Assembly (NCBI GenBank): GCA_964247055.1
Contig: OZ176051.1
Span: 4,526,001 to 4,590,000 of the forward strand
Direction: 5' to 3'
Origin: Paragordius varius
Lineage: Eukaryota; Animalia; Nematomorpha
DNA: 64,000 nt
Shown here: one piece after another, positions 62,448-64,000 of the stretch
Layout: every line of letters starts with the position of its first letter
How positions within the stretch are numbered: the first letter of the stretch is position 1
Position numbers and translations under genes: made by a program
The notes under the pieces: model-generated
Told to the model about the DNA's origin: nothing
Seen by the model: the letters and a program-made list of their open reading frames with translations, nothing else
Database searches by the model: none

Positions 62448-63842
62448 TCAATTCCCAATAAACACAGCGTAATTTGGCTTTTCTTTAAATAATAAAAAAT
62501 ACTCAGATCTGTCAAAACAGTTGTATTCAACTTTTCCTGTTGTATCACATACGTAAGGATTGCATTGGCGAGTTTCACGCTGTATAGGTTCACATGGACA
62601 TGTCCTAAATACGTTAATAACAATATATTAGATAAATGTTGGAAAGTTTAAAAATAGTTAAAAAAGGAAGATGAAAATGGCAGCTTAATAAAAGATAGCC
62701 TTTATTACATGGGGTAATAACCTTTAATACTTGGTTTTCTATACATAAAATAGTGTTTTACATCGAACCATTGGTAATTATGTTCAAAACTATTTGAAAA
62801 ATATATAACCATACTATTCGGGAAGAAAACTGTTGTTTATAAAAATGAAGGGGGAATGTTTTTTGACAAAACGAGTATGTTACTACCGTAGGTCAGGACA
62901 TTCTAAAATACAATTTCTCGTTCTGACTTGAACGCCACAGCCTCCACATGGTTGGGAACATGGCTCCCATTTTGACCATGGTCCGTACAGAGCACCTCTT
63001 CTTAACCTTCTAGCGCAAGAATTCGGAACTAAAAAAATATATAAAATAGTAAGCAGAGCGAAAAATTGATAAAATAAAATGTAAATTTTAAGTTTGGCGG
63101 CAAAAAAGATATATAACCATTCATTACTACTTATCAATATGAACTACAGTAAGATTAATAAATGATTATCACGAAAAATGAATATTCAAAACATTAGTTC
63201 TGCTATTTTATAATTTCAAAAGATTTAAAGCTAAACAGTTTATTATGAAAGAATAATATCTTCCGTCTTTAATCGTTCACACAACCTTTAAAAATTACTA
63301 TCATGTATAACTGTCATTATAAATAAATTCATTATTAAATGAATTAATTATAACTATTAGGCCCCTTAAATGGCGATAAAAACCATGGTACACACTTTAA
63401 ATACCAAGTGATTAATTAATAATCTTACGCAATCGGACTCGTAATCTAAATCCGCGGCCAGTAGCCACCGAAGGTGACTCTGTTATAGAAGAATCGGGAT
63501 CGGCATTGAATATCAGAGCTAAGCGGTCACCTTCAGAGTTAATCGCTACTTCGGGTGGCGTGGGAGTACCACACAATCTAAATAGATATATTAGTCAAAA
63601 TTAGTTCTTTTTAATAAATTCTAAAAAATTTAAACGTTAATGATAGCATAATTAAAGTATGATAGATTAAAACAATTTTTAACTATATATAATTACCTGA
63701 GTCCAGTCATCCCTTGGTCGCGTCTGTATTTAACTTCAAGCCAATGTAGACATTGACCTCCTTCTGCAGATTGCAAAATCCCGAATTGAGTCATATTCAT
63801 GACCACTTCGACTCTCCCGAGAGATCCGTTACTGCATTTTGC
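62448..63842 (-). CDS. 3' exons of an astacin-family metalloprotease (CUB + TSP1), nematode NAS-36/37/DPY-31-like; the 5' part lies beyond the right edge
   Basis: Phase-compatible exons 63842-63697 (..QCLHWLEVKYRRDQGMTGLR), 63577-63429 (LCGT..INSEGDRLALIFNAD..TGRGFRLR), 63028-62887 (YGPWSKWEPCSQPCGGCGVQVRTRNC) and 62604-~62448 (TCPCEPIQRETRQCNPYVC). The CUB signature plus CGGCG TSP1 match nematode subgroup V astacins. The protease domain itself is not in the window and the 3' end is uncertain. Confidence 0.75.
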
Positions 63843-64000
63843 CTAAAAATCAAACGAGTATTTTATGCTTTAATCCAAATAATTGAATGTCAATAGGAAT
63901 TAATGTCTAAAACACTTGGAAACATCATTTTTTTGATTTGGAACCCTATTGGTTACCCTAATCTACCGTCCGACCGCTTCTATTTGACTATTAGGTAAAA

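Noticed and set aside
62883-63137. Initial reading of the TSP1 ORF as semaphorin-5 or ADAMTS
   Set aside because: The adjacent upstream exons encode a CUB domain and the TSP1 has the CGGCG pattern of nematode astacins.
9164-63842. Serpin + laminin + astacin as a functional ECM/protease gene cluster
   Set aside because: No shared regulatory element or paralogy is visible, and adjacency in an animal genome is weak evidence without synteny or co-expression data.

Overview
This is very AT-rich eukaryotic (animal) genomic DNA with GT-AG spliceosomal introns; there is no sign of prokaryotic genes, rRNA or CRISPR. Four genes are readable. (1) The 5' half of an Akt/PKB kinase (minus strand, 2173-3095) whose first three introns are only 25, 26 and 25 nt, while its sixth intron is more than 2.1 kb and holds an RTE-LINE remnant. 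(2) A 4-exon secreted serpin (9164-11738) with a non-consensus hinge and an acidic C-terminal tail. (3) A complete laminin alpha-1/2-type (wing blister / LAM-3-like) gene (15335-56640, about 80 exons). By hand exon-summing it encodes roughly 4,700-4,900 aa, far longer than known orthologues, because of Asn/Ser/Gln/acid-rich insertions; several carry furin-type cleavage motifs or Ser-Gly glycosaminoglycan-type motifs. (4) The 3' end of a nematode-type astacin (CUB + CGGCG-type TSP1; NAS-36/37/DPY-31-like) on the minus strand at 62448-63842. Intergenic and intronic DNA is rich in decayed DNA transposons: an hAT with perfect TIR/TSD carrying a nested TTAA MITE, piggyBac-like MITEs, a 1.66-kb foldback element with CACWGTG termini, and a tRNA-derived SINE. 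The host is probably a nematoid ecdysozoan such as a horsehair worm; this is inference only. All exon models were derived by eye and need RNA-seq confirmation.
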